Shown one piece after another: positions 31,371 to 41,945 of a DNA stretch of 64,000 nt; position 1 is the first letter of the stretch, and every line of letters starts with the position of its first letter. Source of the DNA: an uncultured Pseudomonadota bacterium (GTDB lineage Bacteria; Oederibacteriota; Muellerivitia; Muellerivitales; Muellerivitaceae). The notes beneath the pieces were generated by a model. That model made no database searches and was not told the origin of the DNA. It saw only the letters and a list, made by a program, of their open reading frames with translations. Where the stretch lies: NCBI GenBank assembly GCA_963843375.1, contig CAWJKT010000008.1, positions 96,001 to 160,000 of the forward strand, written 5' to 3'. The position numbers were made by a program, and so were the translations under genes.

Positions 31371-34300
31371 TTAATGGAGCACTAAAACCTTGGTCGTTTG
31401 GGTTCCACTGGCGTCGCTAAACACCAAAATATAAATCCCACTCGCAACTTTACGACCCGAGGAGTTGGTCCCATTCCAAATGTACTTGTGGTTGAATCCC
31501 GCCGCCTGTTGCCCAAGACTGGAGGCCGGAGCCGAGAAAACGGGGCTTAAAGCGCTCACCAATTCACCCGTAAGGTTGTAAACATTCAAAGACGAACCGC
31601 CCGGTTGGGCATCTGTGATGGTAATAGTTGAACTAGTTTGACTGGGATCGAGGACATTAGGGGCTGCTACAAGGGCAGTTGTATGGACTGAATCAGTTGA
31701 GGATAAAAGGGAACCCGCTACACCGGGGGTCGCTCCACCTGGAGTAACCGTCCCTGATGGAGTGATAGTCTGCGTAATTGTGTTTGACGGTGTCACGGTC
31801 AGTGTGCTTGTAGGCGTGGTCGTTTCCGTCATCGTCGGAGTATAGGTGGGGGTTCTGCTGTCCGTCACCGTAGGCGTGTTTGTAGTCGTGTTGGTAGTCG
31901 TGTGGGTGGCGGTCACGGTCGTTGTATTAGTCGAAGTTCGGGTATCCGTCACTGTCGGAGTATTCGTTATTGTGTAAGTGGCTGTAACCGTCGCCGTTTT
32001 CGTTGCCGTTTGGGTCGGTGTCCTTGTATCCGTCACTGTCGGCGTATTTGTAATCGTATGAGTGAGGGTTACTGTCGCCGTATTTGTCGGGGTTCTCGTA
32101 TCAGTTACCGTCGGCGTATTCGTTGGAGTGTTCGTAATCGTGTGAGTGTTTGTCACGGTCGCCGTATTCGTCGGGGTCCGACTATCGGTTGGAGTTGAAG
32201 TGACCGTTGGTGTATGCGTCGGAGTTCGGGTATCAGTTACTGTTGGCGTATTCGTAATGGTGTGGGTTTCGGTTACCGTCGCCGTATTCGTTGGCGTCTT
32301 GCTATCCGTAGGAGTCGAAGTGACTGTCGGGGTATGAGTTGGCGTTTGGGTGTCCGTTATTGTTGGCGTGTTGGTTATGGTGTGGGTGGCGGTCACGGTC
32401 GCTGTATTCGTCGGGGTTCGAGTCACCGTGGGCGTATGCGTATTAGTCGGAGTATGCGTCGGGGTCCGAGTATCCGTCATTGTCGGAGTATTGGTAATCG
32501 TGTGAGTATCGGTCACTGTTGCCGTATTCGTCGGGGTTCGAGTCACCGTGAGCGTATGCGTATTAGTCGGGGTATGCGTCGGGGTCCGAGTATCCGTCAC
32601 TGTCGGAGTATTGGTAATCGTGTGAGTATCGGTCACTGTTGCCGTATTCGTCGGGGTTCGAGTCACCGTGGGCGTATGCGTATTAGTCGGAGTATGCGTC
32701 GGGGTCTGAGTATCCGTCATTGTCGGAGTATTCGTAATGGTATGAGTGTCGGTCACAGTCGCCGTATTCGTCGGGGTTCGAGTCACCGTGGGCGTATGCG
32801 TATTAGTCGGAGTATGCGTCGGGGTCCGAGTATCCGTCATTGTCGGAGTATTCGTAATGGTATGAGTGTCGGTCACAGTCGCCGTATTCGTCGGGGTTCG
32901 GCTATCGGTTGGAGTTGAAGTGACCGTTGGTGTATGAGTTGGTGTCTGGGTATCAGTTACTGTTGGCGTATTCGTAATGGTGTGGGTATCGGTCACCGTT
33001 GCTGTATTTGTCGGAGTCCGAGTATTCGTCACTGTCGGCGAATTTGTTGGAGTCCCGCTGTTGGTCGCCGTAGATGTATTCGTCGCCGTGTTTGTAGCGG
33101 TGTGAGTATCCGTCACGGTCGCCGTATTGGTCGGTGTCCTGGTATCGGTCACTGTGGCGGTGTTCGTCGGTGTGTTTGTGATGGTGTGAGTGTCAGTCAC
33201 CGTTGCCGTATTCGTCGGGGTCCGGGTATCCGTTACGGTCGGCGAATTAGTTGGAGTCCCACTGTTGGTCGCTGTTGGCGTATTCGTCGCCGTGTTTGTA
33301 GCAGTGTGAGTATCCGTTATCGTCGCCGTATTGGTCGGTGTCCTGGTATCGGTCACTGTGGCGGTGTTCGTCGGTGTGTTCGTGATGGTGTGAGTGTCAG
33401 TCACCGTTGCCGTATTCGTCGGGGTCCGGGTATCCGTTACGGTTGGTGAATTGGTTGGAGTCCCGCTGTTGGTCGCCGTAGATGTATTCGTCGCCGTGTT
33501 TGTAGCAGTGTGAGTATCCGTTATCGTCGCCGTATTGGTCGGTGTCCTGGTATCGGTCACTGTGACGGTGTTCGTCGGTGTGTTCGTGATGGTGTGAGTG
33601 TCGGTCACCGTTGCCGTATTCGTCGGGGTCCGGGTATCCGTTACGGTCGGTGAATTGGTTGGAGTCCCGCTGTTGGTCGCCGTAGATGTATTCGTCGCCG
33701 TGTTTGTAGCCGTGTGAGTATCCGTCACGGTCGCCGTATTGGTCGGGGTCCTGGTATCGGTCACTGTGGCGGTGTTCGTCGGTGTGTTTGTGATGGTGTG
33801 AGTGTCGGTCACCGTTGCCGTATTCGTCGGGGTCCGGGTATCCGTTACGGTCGGTGAATTGGTTGGAGTCCCGCTGTTGGTCGCCGTAGATGTATTCGTC
33901 GCCGTGTTTGTAGCCGTGTGAGTATCCGTCACGGTCGCCGTATTGGTCGGGGTCCTGGTATCGGTCACTGTGGCGGTGTTCGTCGGTGTGTTTGTGATGG
34001 TGTGAGTGTCGGTCACCGTTGCCGTATTCGTCGGGGTCCGGGTATCCGTTACGGTCGGTGAATTGGTTGGAGTCCCGCTGTTGGTCGCCGTAGATGTATT
34101 CGTCGCCGTGTTTGTAGCCGTGTGAGTATCCGTCACGGTCGCCGTATTGGTCGGGGTCCTGGTATCGGTCACTGTGGCGGTGTTCGTCGGTGTGTTTGTG
34201 ATGGTGTGAGTGTCGGTCACCGTTGCCGTATTCGTCGGGGTCCGGGTATCCGTTACGGTCGGTGAATTGGTTGGAGTCCCGCTGTTGGTCGCCGTAGATG

Positions 34301-35513
34301 TATTCGTCGCCGTGTTTGTAGCCGTGTGAGTATCCGTCACGGTCGCCGTATCGGTCGGAGTCCGAGTGTTGGTGATCGTTCCCGTGTTAGTCGGTGTGTT
34401 CGTGATGGTGGGAGTGTCGGTATTCGTCGCGGTGTTCGTCGAGGTCCGGGTATTCGTTACGGTCGGCGAATTGGTTGGAGTTCCGCTGTTGGTCGCCGTC
34501 GATGTATTCGTCGCCGTGTTTGTAGCGGTGTGGGTATCCGTCACGGTGGCCGTATCGGTCGGAGTCCGAGTGTTGGTGATCGTTCCCGTGTTAGTCGGTG
34601 TGTTCGTGATGGTGGGAGTGTCGGTATTCGTCGCGGTGTTCGTCGGGGTCCGGGTATTCGTTACGGTCGGCGAATTGGTTGGAGTTCCGCTGTTGGTCGC
34701 CGTCGATGTATTCGTCGCCGTGTTTGTAGCCGTGTGAGTATCCGTCACGGTCGCCGTATCGGTCGGAGTCCGAGTGTTGGTGATCGTTCCCGTGTTAGTC
34801 GGTGTGTTCGTGATGGTGGGAGTGTCGGTATTCGTCGCGGTGTTCGTCGGAGTCCTTGTGTTGGTAGGAGTATGGGTGTTCGTCGGCGTACCCGTATCCG
34901 TCATGGTGTTTGTCATTGTCGGTGTATTCGTGATCGTGTGGGTGTTTGTCGGAGTCGAAGTTAAACTCGGTGTATCCGTGTTCGTAGGTGTTCCTGTATT
35001 CGTCGGCAGGTTCGTTGTCGTCGGGGTGTTGGTAATCGTGTGTGTATTGTTGGGAGTTGGAGTCACTGTGGGTGTATGCGTGTTCGTTGGAGTACCTGTA
35101 TTAGTCATCGTGTTCGTCATCGTCGGGGTGTTGGTGATCGTGTGTGTATTGGTGGGAGTTGGAGTCACTGTGGGTGTATGCGTGTTCGTCGGGGTTCCCG
35201 TATCAGTCTTCGTGTTCGTCATCGTCGGGGTGTTGGTGATCGTGTGTGTATTGGTGGGAGTTGGAGTCACTGTGGGTGTATGCGTGTTCGTCGGGGTTCC
35301 CGTATCAGTCTTCGTGTTCGTCATCGTCGGGGTGTTCGCCGGTGTGAGGGTACCGGTGGGAGTGGAAGACAAAACAGGATTAACGGTCGACACGACTTGG
35401 GCAGTGGCTTTTTCACAAGTCAGAAAAAATAAAAAGATAACGCAAGATATTATCGTTAAAGAAAAATAGGCAAAAGAAGAAATATTAGGTTTCGATTTTA
35501 TAATTCTCATCAA
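31371..35513 (-). CDS. secreted Thr/Pro-rich repeat protein with C-terminal FlgD-Ig / T9SS-CTD-like domain
   Basis: Signal peptide, about 1200 aa of (T-X)n, then APNV...VYNLTGELV...[16 protein letters not shown]. Confidence 0.85.
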   Translation of the reverse strand: MMRIIKSKPNISSFAYFSLTIISCVIFLFFLTCEKATAQVVSTVNPVLSSTPTGTLTPANTPTMTNTKTDTGTPTNTHTPTVTPTPTNTHTITNTPTMTNTKTDTGTPTNTHTPTVTPTPTNTHTITNTPTMTNTMTNTGTPTNTHTPTVTPTPNNTHTITNTPTTTNLPTNTGTPTNTDTPSLTSTPTNTHTITNTPTMTNTMTDTGTPTNTHTPTNTRTPTNTATNTDTPTITNTPTNTGTITNTRTPTDTATVTDTHTATNTATNTSTATNSGTPTNSPTVTNTRTPTNTATNTDTPTITNTPTNTGTITNTRTPTDTATVTDTHTATNTATNTSTATNSGTPTNSPTVTNTRTSTNTATNTDTPTITNTPTNTGTITNTRTPTDTATVTDTHTATNTATNTSTATNSGTPTNSPTVTDTRTPTNTATVTDTHTITNTPTNTATVTDTRTPTNTATVTDTHTATNTATNTSTATNSGTPTNSPTVTDTRTPTNTATVTDTHTITNTPTNTATVTDTRTPTNTATVTDTHTATNTATNTSTATNSGTPTNSPTVTDTRTPTNTATVTDTHTITNTPTNTATVTDTRTPTNTATVTDTHTATNTATNTSTATNSGTPTNSPTVTDTRTPTNTATVTDTHTITNTPTNTVTVTDTRTPTNTATITDTHTATNTATNTSTATNSGTPTNSPTVTDTRTPTNTATVTDTHTITNTPTNTATVTDTRTPTNTATITDTHTATNTATNTPTATNSGTPTNSPTVTDTRTPTNTATVTDTHTITNTPTNTATVTDTRTPTNTATVTDTHTATNTATNTSTATNSGTPTNSPTVTNTRTPTNTATVTDTHTITNTPTVTDTQTPTHTPTVTSTPTDSRTPTNTATVTDTHTITNTPTMTDTRTPTHTPTNTHTPTVTRTPTNTATVTDTHTITNTPTMTDTQTPTHTPTNTHTPTVTRTPTNTATVTDTHTITNTPTVTDTRTPTHTPTNTHTLTVTRTPTNTATVTDTHTITNTPTMTDTRTPTHTPTNTHTPTVTRTPTNTATVTATHTITNTPTITDTQTPTHTPTVTSTPTDSKTPTNTATVTETHTITNTPTVTDTRTPTHTPTVTSTPTDSRTPTNTATVTNTHTITNTPTNTPTVTDTRTPTNTATVTLTHTITNTPTVTDTRTPTQTATKTATVTATYTITNTPTVTDTRTSTNTTTVTATHTTTNTTTNTPTVTDSRTPTYTPTMTETTTPTSTLTVTPSNTITQTITPSGTVTPGGATPGVAGSLLSSTDSVHTTALVAAPNVLDPSQTSSTITITDAQPGGSSLNVYNLTGELVSALSPVFSAPASSLGQQAAGFNHKYIWNGTNSSGRKVASGIYILVFSDASGTQTTKVLVLH
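32401..35340. repeat. intragenic tandem repeats of 120, 204 and 102 bp
   Basis: 120-bp period 32401-32900; GGAGT(C/T)CC(G/A)C every 204 bp from 33049 to 34681 (9 copies); 102-bp period at 35059/35161/35263. Confidence 0.9.
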
Positions 35514-35717
35514 TAAAAAGCTTTCAGGCTTTTTGAAAAAAGCAAAAATAATTTTGTTTGAAGTTCTAACGTCGAATCTTACACCTTCTGCAGCCGGAAA
35601 TGGCTCAACCTGAAAATAAATTTTTCCTTAAGTTTAAATCGATTTAACGTTTCATACTAAAAAAGGGGGGGCACAACTACAAAAACCCATCAATTCGATT
35701 CAGATAAAGCACTTTTT

Positions 35718-36428
35718 TTATAGAGGTGGAGGCAAAGGCTTTCTTTTCCAAGCAGAAATCCACCTGTTTCCCAACCATCCCGCCAACCAGGAATAAGCGA
35801 GTACCGGCAAAAAATGCTCGAAACAAACGTGATACAGGTTTTGACTATCGCAATGAAGCGTAATAAAGCCCAAACCAAAAAGAAAGGCGGATACTCCCGA
35901 CCACAATCCCACTTTTCTGGCATTCAAAGGCGCGTTACCTTTAACCAGTAATACCAATCCAACCCAAAAAACCGACCCGAGGAGGAAGACCACAACAAAA
36001 CAAGGGAGCGGCGTGAAATGGTCCAGGTAATGCTCCGCTTTCCAAGGAAAAAAAAGAAAGAATAAAAGACTGACTCCCACCCCCAAAGAAGAAGACAACC
36101 GAAATTTCCATTTCCCAGTTTGTTCCCCGCCGGGAAAGCTGGCTTCAATGGCTCCCAAGGCCGACAGGGCGGCGGCTACGAAAATGAATAGCATCATCAA
36201 GTCAAAGGGAATGTATTTTAGATTAAGTAAAAGGTCGGCTCGAAGAGGCAGGAAGAAAAGAATAATAGAAACAACCAGCGAAGCGATCACCAGCCAAGAG
36301 AACCACTGTATAAGAGGGGTCGCAATTTTCTCAACCGGCTTCAATCCATGCGCCAGGCGTTCCACTGTCTTTTGATGGATAGCGGGCATTCCCTTTTCCG
36401 CATTAGGTTTTGAGGGGGTCTTTTTCAT
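35718..36428 (-). CDS. NrsF/DUF1109 membrane anti-sigma factor
   Basis: Six TM segments, LRADL, LHC...H motif; coupled to the ECF sigma gene. Confidence 0.75.
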   Translation of the reverse strand: MKKTPSKPNAEKGMPAIHQKTVERLAHGLKPVEKIATPLIQWFSWLVIASLVVSIILFFLPLRADLLLNLKYIPFDLMMLFIFVAAALSALGAIEASFPGGEQTGKWKFRLSSSLGVGVSLLFFLFFPWKAEHYLDHFTPLPCFVVVFLLGSVFWVGLVLLVKGNAPLNARKVGLWSGVSAFLFGLGFITLHCDSQNLYHVCFEHFLPVLAYSWLAGWLGNRWISAWKRKPLPPPL

Positions 36429-36982
36429 GGCTTTAATCGCTTCTCCAACAATATTTTTTTGAGCCGGGCGTAACCTCGGTGGGCGCGCACTTTGAGGGCA
36501 CTCACCGAAAGGCCCAAAACTTTGGCAGCTTCTTCTACGGTCAAACCCTCAATCTTCAGCATCTCCACGGGCCGCCTCAAACTTAACGGCAACTGGGCCA
36601 AAGCAAGGTGCAATTCATCACCTAAGTCGCCGTCCAGTTCTTCCCGATGGGCCGTTTCCGGCAGTATTTCCACCGGCACTTCATTTTCGGCGAATTTCCG
36701 ATTTTTGCCGATGCCATCCAGGAAGGCGTTATGGGCGATGGTGAAAAGCCACGGAGCAAAAGGCCGGTCGCTCAGGTAACTATGGCGGGCACGGTGGAAG
36801 GTGAAAAGAACTTCCTGGTACACGTCATCTACCAATGATTTATTGAAGACTCTGCGTCGCACATAGGAATAAAGAAGGGGCCCGATTTCATTCAGGAGCA
36901 TTCGGTAGGTTTCCTCATCGCCCGCCTGGACCCTTTTCATCATTTGGGACCAGGATAGCCATTGGGTTGGGCTGGCTTTCAA
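36425..36982 (-). CDS. ECF sigma factor (ECF16/SigF-like)
   Basis: DDVYQE, PFAPWLFTIA, SALKVRAHRG. Confidence 0.88.
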   Translation of the reverse strand: MKASPTQWLSWSQMMKRVQAGDEETYRMLLNEIGPLLYSYVRRRVFNKSLVDDVYQEVLFTFHRARHSYLSDRPFAPWLFTIAHNAFLDGIGKNRKFAENEVPVEILPETAHREELDGDLGDELHLALAQLPLSLRRPVEMLKIEGLTVEEAAKVLGLSVSALKVRAHRGYARLKKILLEKRLKP

Positions 36983-37027
36983 AGGTGCTCCTTTGGATTA
37001 CGGATTGAAAAAGGGAGAGGTTACAAG

Positions 37028-37726
37028 TTATCCGATTAAATCCAAAGTTTCCTTTAGCTCTAAAAGACGGCAGGAATAAATGGGCGTATCCCGAACGGTG
37101 TATTTGGAGCCCTCGGTTTCTCTCAAAGCCATGACCAAATCCAGGAAATCCCCGGGGGTATCTGTTTCAAAAGCTACAACGAAATCCTGGTCGTCCAAGC
37201 CAAAAGAATAGGTCGTATTCAACTTGACCGAGGGGTAGAGGTTTCCCACCCGGATATGCTCATCCATCACTTTTTGGCGAACTTCCTTGGAAAGCAGGTA
37301 CCATTCGCGGCTTTTCACGAAGGGATAAATAAAGATGTATTTGAACCTGCCCGGATAAATGTTGGTCCTGGATTCCTCTGAACCGCCCACGTGCTGATGC
37401 TTGTCGATATAAGTGCTTCGCTTGGTCATGGCCAAATAGGAGGCAGGCGTCCTAAGGAAAGGGCCAAGTGCCGACTTCATTAGGGCCGAACTTTGTTTTT
37501 GGATGGCGTCCAGATCATAGCTAATGCGCCAAAGCATCAGGTCCACGTCCGGACGGAAGCCAACCGTGGAATAGGAAAGCAAAATGCCGTCTTTTTTAAA
37601 AGTTTCCGCGGCTTCCAAAAACGACTTCTTGGCGGATTCCTTTTCCAAAGCCTGAAGCTTGTGAAATTCCTCGGATATTTTATAGAAGGCGAAACTTACA
37701 AATTGGCGCTTGGTCGAATCGGCCAT
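37028..37726 (-). CDS. chlorite dismutase family protein, probably coproheme decarboxylase (ChdC/HemQ)
   Basis: YPFVK..EWY, MDEHIRVG, YSFGLDDQDFVV. Confidence 0.8.
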   Translation of the reverse strand: MADSTKRQFVSFAFYKISEEFHKLQALEKESAKKSFLEAAETFKKDGILLSYSTVGFRPDVDLMLWRISYDLDAIQKQSSALMKSALGPFLRTPASYLAMTKRSTYIDKHQHVGGSEESRTNIYPGRFKYIFIYPFVKSREWYLLSKEVRQKVMDEHIRVGNLYPSVKLNTTYSFGLDDQDFVVAFETDTPGDFLDLVMALRETEGSKYTVRDTPIYSCRLLELKETLDLIG

Positions 37727-37837
37727 GATTTACCCCTGACGAAAATGAATTGAGAGGCGGTATTTTATGCCGAGGGCCTCCAAAAAGCAAAAGCCAATGA
37801 ACCGCCGAGTTTCATTCTTTATCCCCCGAGCGAATTA

Positions 37838-39914
37838 TTATGGTTCCAGGACTTGAAGCTTGGCCACCGGGACAAAACGCGGGTCGGCAATGGGGTAAAG
37901 GCTGCGCGTCACGGGCCAAAGACCATCTTTCCACGAATCTGAATGGGTCGTGGAAAATTGAACCAACGCGCCATTCTCCCCGCGGCCCAGAAACTTGTCC
38001 AAATTCTGGTTTCCATTGCGCTCGTAGAACTCACGGCTAAAGGATTCCTTTCCAGCTTCCAGTGGCGGAAGTTTTTTTTGGAGGCCGATTGTCAAAGCGT
38101 AATTTCCTGGCGGGAAATCCGACGGAATAAATAAAATCCGTTTTTCTTCTAAAAGCAATCCCGGCTTAAGTTGCGATAAATAATTTGCCGTGCGCCTCAT
38201 GGATATCATGAAGCCAGAAAACCCCGTTTCTCATCAGGTAGTCTCCTTTCGGGTCTATAAAAACTCCCACTACCATGTCGGATGAATCCTGGGGACTGGC
38301 CTTGCGTCGGACCCACCGGTAATTCATTTCCACGATGTCCCCCGGCTTCACCCGGGGCGGCCAAATATCAATTCCTTGCAACTCGATACCGCCCCAAGCC
38401 ACCAAGGGCTTTTCCTCTGGGGCCTTTTTGAGTGCCACCCCGACCCTGTAGGGAACGACGGCCATCAGGGGCCCCCAGCCTTGGTAGGACCATTCCGGAG
38501 GTAAAGCCCACTGCCTGGTCACATAAAGGGGACGGTGCTGGCTCAGGCATTCTTGGATTTCAAACGCAACCCGGGAGGAATCGGTACCGGGTTCAACAAT
38601 CCCAATGTCTTTCCGGAATCCGTAACACTGTTGGTAGCCTACCAATGGAAAATACTCGTTTTCTTCCCAGGGAACATAAAGGGCGTTGGGTTTCATGATC
38701 GTAAGGAGATCACGAGCGTAATCTTCCGCGCCTTTTTCTTTTTTTCGCTCCCAAAAATGACCCACTTGGGAGAATTGGGCTAATAGAAAAACCGTTAAAA
38801 GCACGTCCAGGAATACCGGGCGCAAAGAATTTTTTTTAAAATAACTTTCCAGCAGGGTAAGGGGGAAAACCGCCAACAGCCCACTGTAAACCCAACCCAA
38901 CAAAACCTGGTGGGACTCAAAGGTTGGGAACGGAATGGTAAAGACAAAAACCGCTTCAACGATTCCCCACCCTAGGGCGACCCAAAAAAAGAGTGGAATT
39001 CTCCCTCTTTTCAAATAAGCCAGCCCCACACCCCAAAACAACAAAGCCACGCCTAAAGGAGTCAAATCGTTCCAGAAATGCAAAAACATCTGCCGAGAGG
39101 TTTCAAAAATGCTGGAAGCCGAAACCGTTCCAAGATATTTTGAAAACTTCATGGCCAAAACATGTCGGACAAAAGCCAGCGGATGAGTCAAGTCGGCATA
39201 GGCTATGGCCGGTCTCAAAGCGGAACGGATAGGAAGGTAGAGGGCTGTGCTTTGCCCCAAGATAAAAAAAGGAAAAAGCATCAACAAGTTTTTGACGGAA
39301 AGCTTTCGCTTCTGGAATCCTTCCCAAATAAAAGCCAGCCCGGCAAAGGGCAGAGCAAAGAACTGTGTGGGCCTGAAAACCGTGGCCATCCCGAGAACAA
39401 AAAAGGCTAAGAGCCACTTGCTGGATTTATCGAGGCTTAAGGCCCATAGAAAAAGCAGGCCCAAAAATAGATGCAAGGCATAGACCAAGGGGGTCAGGGA
39501 ATATCTCCACCAAGGCTGGCTTAGACTCCAAGCGGCGGTAAGAAAAACCAGCCACATTTTCAACTTGTTTGAAATCCGTTGGTCAACGGCTTCTGTAGCT
39601 TGGCTCGCCAATCGACAACTTAAAACCCAAAATAAAACCGAGGCCAGGGCTGAACAAACGGTGGACAATAAGCCCAATCGGTAGGCCGGTGTTTCGAAGG
39701 GAAGCAAAAGAAATAGTCTTGCCCAGGAGATGGAATAAAACTTGTCCCGAAGGGTGGGAAATTCCCAGGCAAACCGTCGTACCCACCATCTCCCCAGAAT
39801 CGTACCAACCGATATAAGGGGAAACCAAGAAAGAGTTGAGAAGAACAAACCCGCAAAAAAGAGCGGCTCTCCAGGTCCAATCCTTTCCGGGGAACTGGAT
39901 TCTCGTTTTTTCAA
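37838..39914 (-). CDS. DUF2723 (TMEM260-like, putative GT-C) membrane protein, two frameshifts
   Basis: YDSGEMV...LGISHPSG motif, many TM segments, LYLPIRS. Confidence 0.75.
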
Positions 39915-39917
39915 TCA

Positions 39918-41897
39918 TCAAGTATTGCCCTGGAGCCGTTCGATGTTCGGCTGGACTTGCCCCGAGGGATCGGACAAGTTGAAGTCTTTCAACATGTCCC
40001 GGGCGTCCTCAAAAGCCTTTAGGGCATCTTTCTTACGGCCCAGCGTCTCTAAAGCCTCCGCTTTAAGAAAATACCCAGGGAGAAAATAAGGATATTGGTC
40101 GATCATTTTCTGTGCCGGCGCGATGGCTTCCTTCGCCCGGCCCATCTTCAAGAGAATTCGGGCTAAGTCGGCGTAGTTGGCTGGCGATTCGGGGCCCTTG
40201 GCGACCAGTTGGTTTTGCAGATCCAAGGCTTGGGACAAACGGCCTCGCTTGATAAGGCTTTGTACCTGATTGACCTGGGGATCAACGGCATAAGGCGAGC
40301 ATTGAATGGCCCTTTGAAAATAATCGTCCGCTAGGCCAAAATATTTTTCCTTCTCCTCGGGATTTTTGGTTATGGAGGCCCGTGCGTCTTCGATAGCGCC
40401 CAGAGAATTCCAAGGGTCCATATCGTTCGACCGGAAGGAAAGACTTTTTCGGGCGAATGTCTCTGCCCCATCCAAGTCCCCCAATTGTTGGTGAAATACA
40501 CTTTTGTAATCATAAATGCGGGCCAAGCAATCCCGAAATCCACCCACTCCCAGGGTCCAGCCAATGAAAAGAATGATAACGGCCATGGAAACCACAAACG
40601 CTCTTGGGGAAAATTGAAAATTCACTTTCAAATCATCTTGAGCCCTTTTTTCGCGCAAAGCGAAAGTCACGAAACCCAGTAAAACCAACCGGTGGGACCA
40701 TTCGTGGAATGTAAAATCCACCATGTTATGTAGCGTTTCGATCAAGATAAGATAAAAAGCCAATTCCGCGGATTGGAAAGAAGCGGCGGCATTATGAAAA
40801 ATGGAGCCTTTCAACGCGGCGGCTGAAAACTCCCTTACGAATGCCCAAAGGAGCAAAATGGTGAAAAAAAGCGCTGGCAATCCGCATTCCGACGCCACTT
40901 GTAAAAACTCATTATGGGCGAATGGATTGAGGGTGTTCCAAAGACCGGCCGGTCTGTAATAAGGATAAACGGCGGCGTAGGTTCCCGGCCCGAATCCGAA
41001 AAGCGGTTGGGCCACCACCATTTTGAAGCTGCTGATCCATACATCGATTCGGAAATAGGCCCGGGGATCGGCTGTTTCCGCACTAAGGATTCGGTTGACC
41101 ATCATGGAAATGGAAGCCGCCAAATATAAAACACAAGCGCCAAAAACCAACCACTGAGAACTCGTCCATTGGGAAATCCGTTTTTCCACTTCCTTCATAT
41201 GGAGTACAAGATAAAGCACCACGACCAAGACCATGGAAGCCAGAGATCCCCTGCTCTCGGTCAATCCCCAAGCCAGTAACAGAAAACCCAATCCGATCCA
41301 GGAGACGGGTTTACGGTTCAATTTCTGGTGTGCCCCCCAAAGCAAGGCCATCCCCAAAAAGCCGGCGGCGATATTCTGGTTGGGAAAAGGGCCCTGACGA
41401 GGGATTGTAACATTAACGAAATAGGGGATACCGATGGCATGGCCCACTGTGGTGAGAATCAGCCAGCTGGCGGCCAGCAATGCCGTCAGGTAAAATATTT
41501 TTTCGAACCAAGGAAAAAGCTCGGGCCACTCTTTCCAAGCCCATCGCAGCGAAAACCACCATAAAATCAGGGCCAAGAAACTGCGATAGGCATAATAACT
41601 GTCAAAGGCCTCTTTCGAATGGATAACCGAGAGTAAAACCCATCCCGTCAAAAGCAAAAAAATAAAATTAGGAAAATCCAATGGAATTAAAGAGGGTGAG
41701 TTGCGGTAAAAAAGAATTTTTCCTAAGCATAAAAAAAAGACAGCGGCTGCGGTCCAGCGCAAAAGAAGATCTTGTGTCAGCCAAATCGGCATGGGGCCAT
41801 AAGAAATTAAAGTGACCAGGGGAATGAGGGCCAGGAAAAGAAAACCCACCAGGCGTCCGGTGGCATCGGAGGGAAATTTCATCTGGGTCAGTTTCAT
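39918..41897 (-). CDS. O-antigen ligase (Wzy_C) family protein with TPRs
   Basis: PFPNQN, LTESRGS, PLFGFGPGTY, AHNEFLQ; C-terminal TPRs. Confidence 0.85.
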   Translation of the reverse strand: MKLTQMKFPSDATGRLVGFLFLALIPLVTLISYGPMPIWLTQDLLLRWTAAAVFFLCLGKILFYRNSPSLIPLDFPNFIFLLLTGWVLLSVIHSKEAFDSYYAYRSFLALILWWFSLRWAWKEWPELFPWFEKIFYLTALLAASWLILTTVGHAIGIPYFVNVTIPRQGPFPNQNIAAGFLGMALLWGAHQKLNRKPVSWIGLGFLLLAWGLTESRGSLASMVLVVVLYLVLHMKEVEKRISQWTSSQWLVFGACVLYLAASISMMVNRILSAETADPRAYFRIDVWISSFKMVVAQPLFGFGPGTYAAVYPYYRPAGLWNTLNPFAHNEFLQVASECGLPALFFTILLLWAFVREFSAAALKGSIFHNAAASFQSAELAFYLILIETLHNMVDFTFHEWSHRLVLLGFVTFALREKRAQDDLKVNFQFSPRAFVVSMAVIILFIGWTLGVGGFRDCLARIYDYKSVFHQQLGDLDGAETFARKSLSFRSNDMDPWNSLGAIEDARASITKNPEEKEKYFGLADDYFQRAIQCSPYAVDPQVNQVQSLIKRGRLSQALDLQNQLVAKGPESPANYADLARILLKMGRAKEAIAPAQKMIDQYPYFLPGYFLKAEALETLGRKKDALKAFEDARDMLKDFNLSDPSGQVQPNIERLQGNT

Positions 41898-41945
41898 GCC
41901 GTTATTCTACTTCTTTTGAAAGCCCAATTCATCGCCAACCAGATG

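Noticed and set aside
32401..35340. CRISPR array
   Set aside because: Repeats are contiguous, in-frame coding units with no unique spacers, and there are no cas genes
31902..35469. Plus-strand Val/Gly- and Arg/Cys-rich ORFs
   Set aside because: Antisense shadows of the Thr-repeat gene
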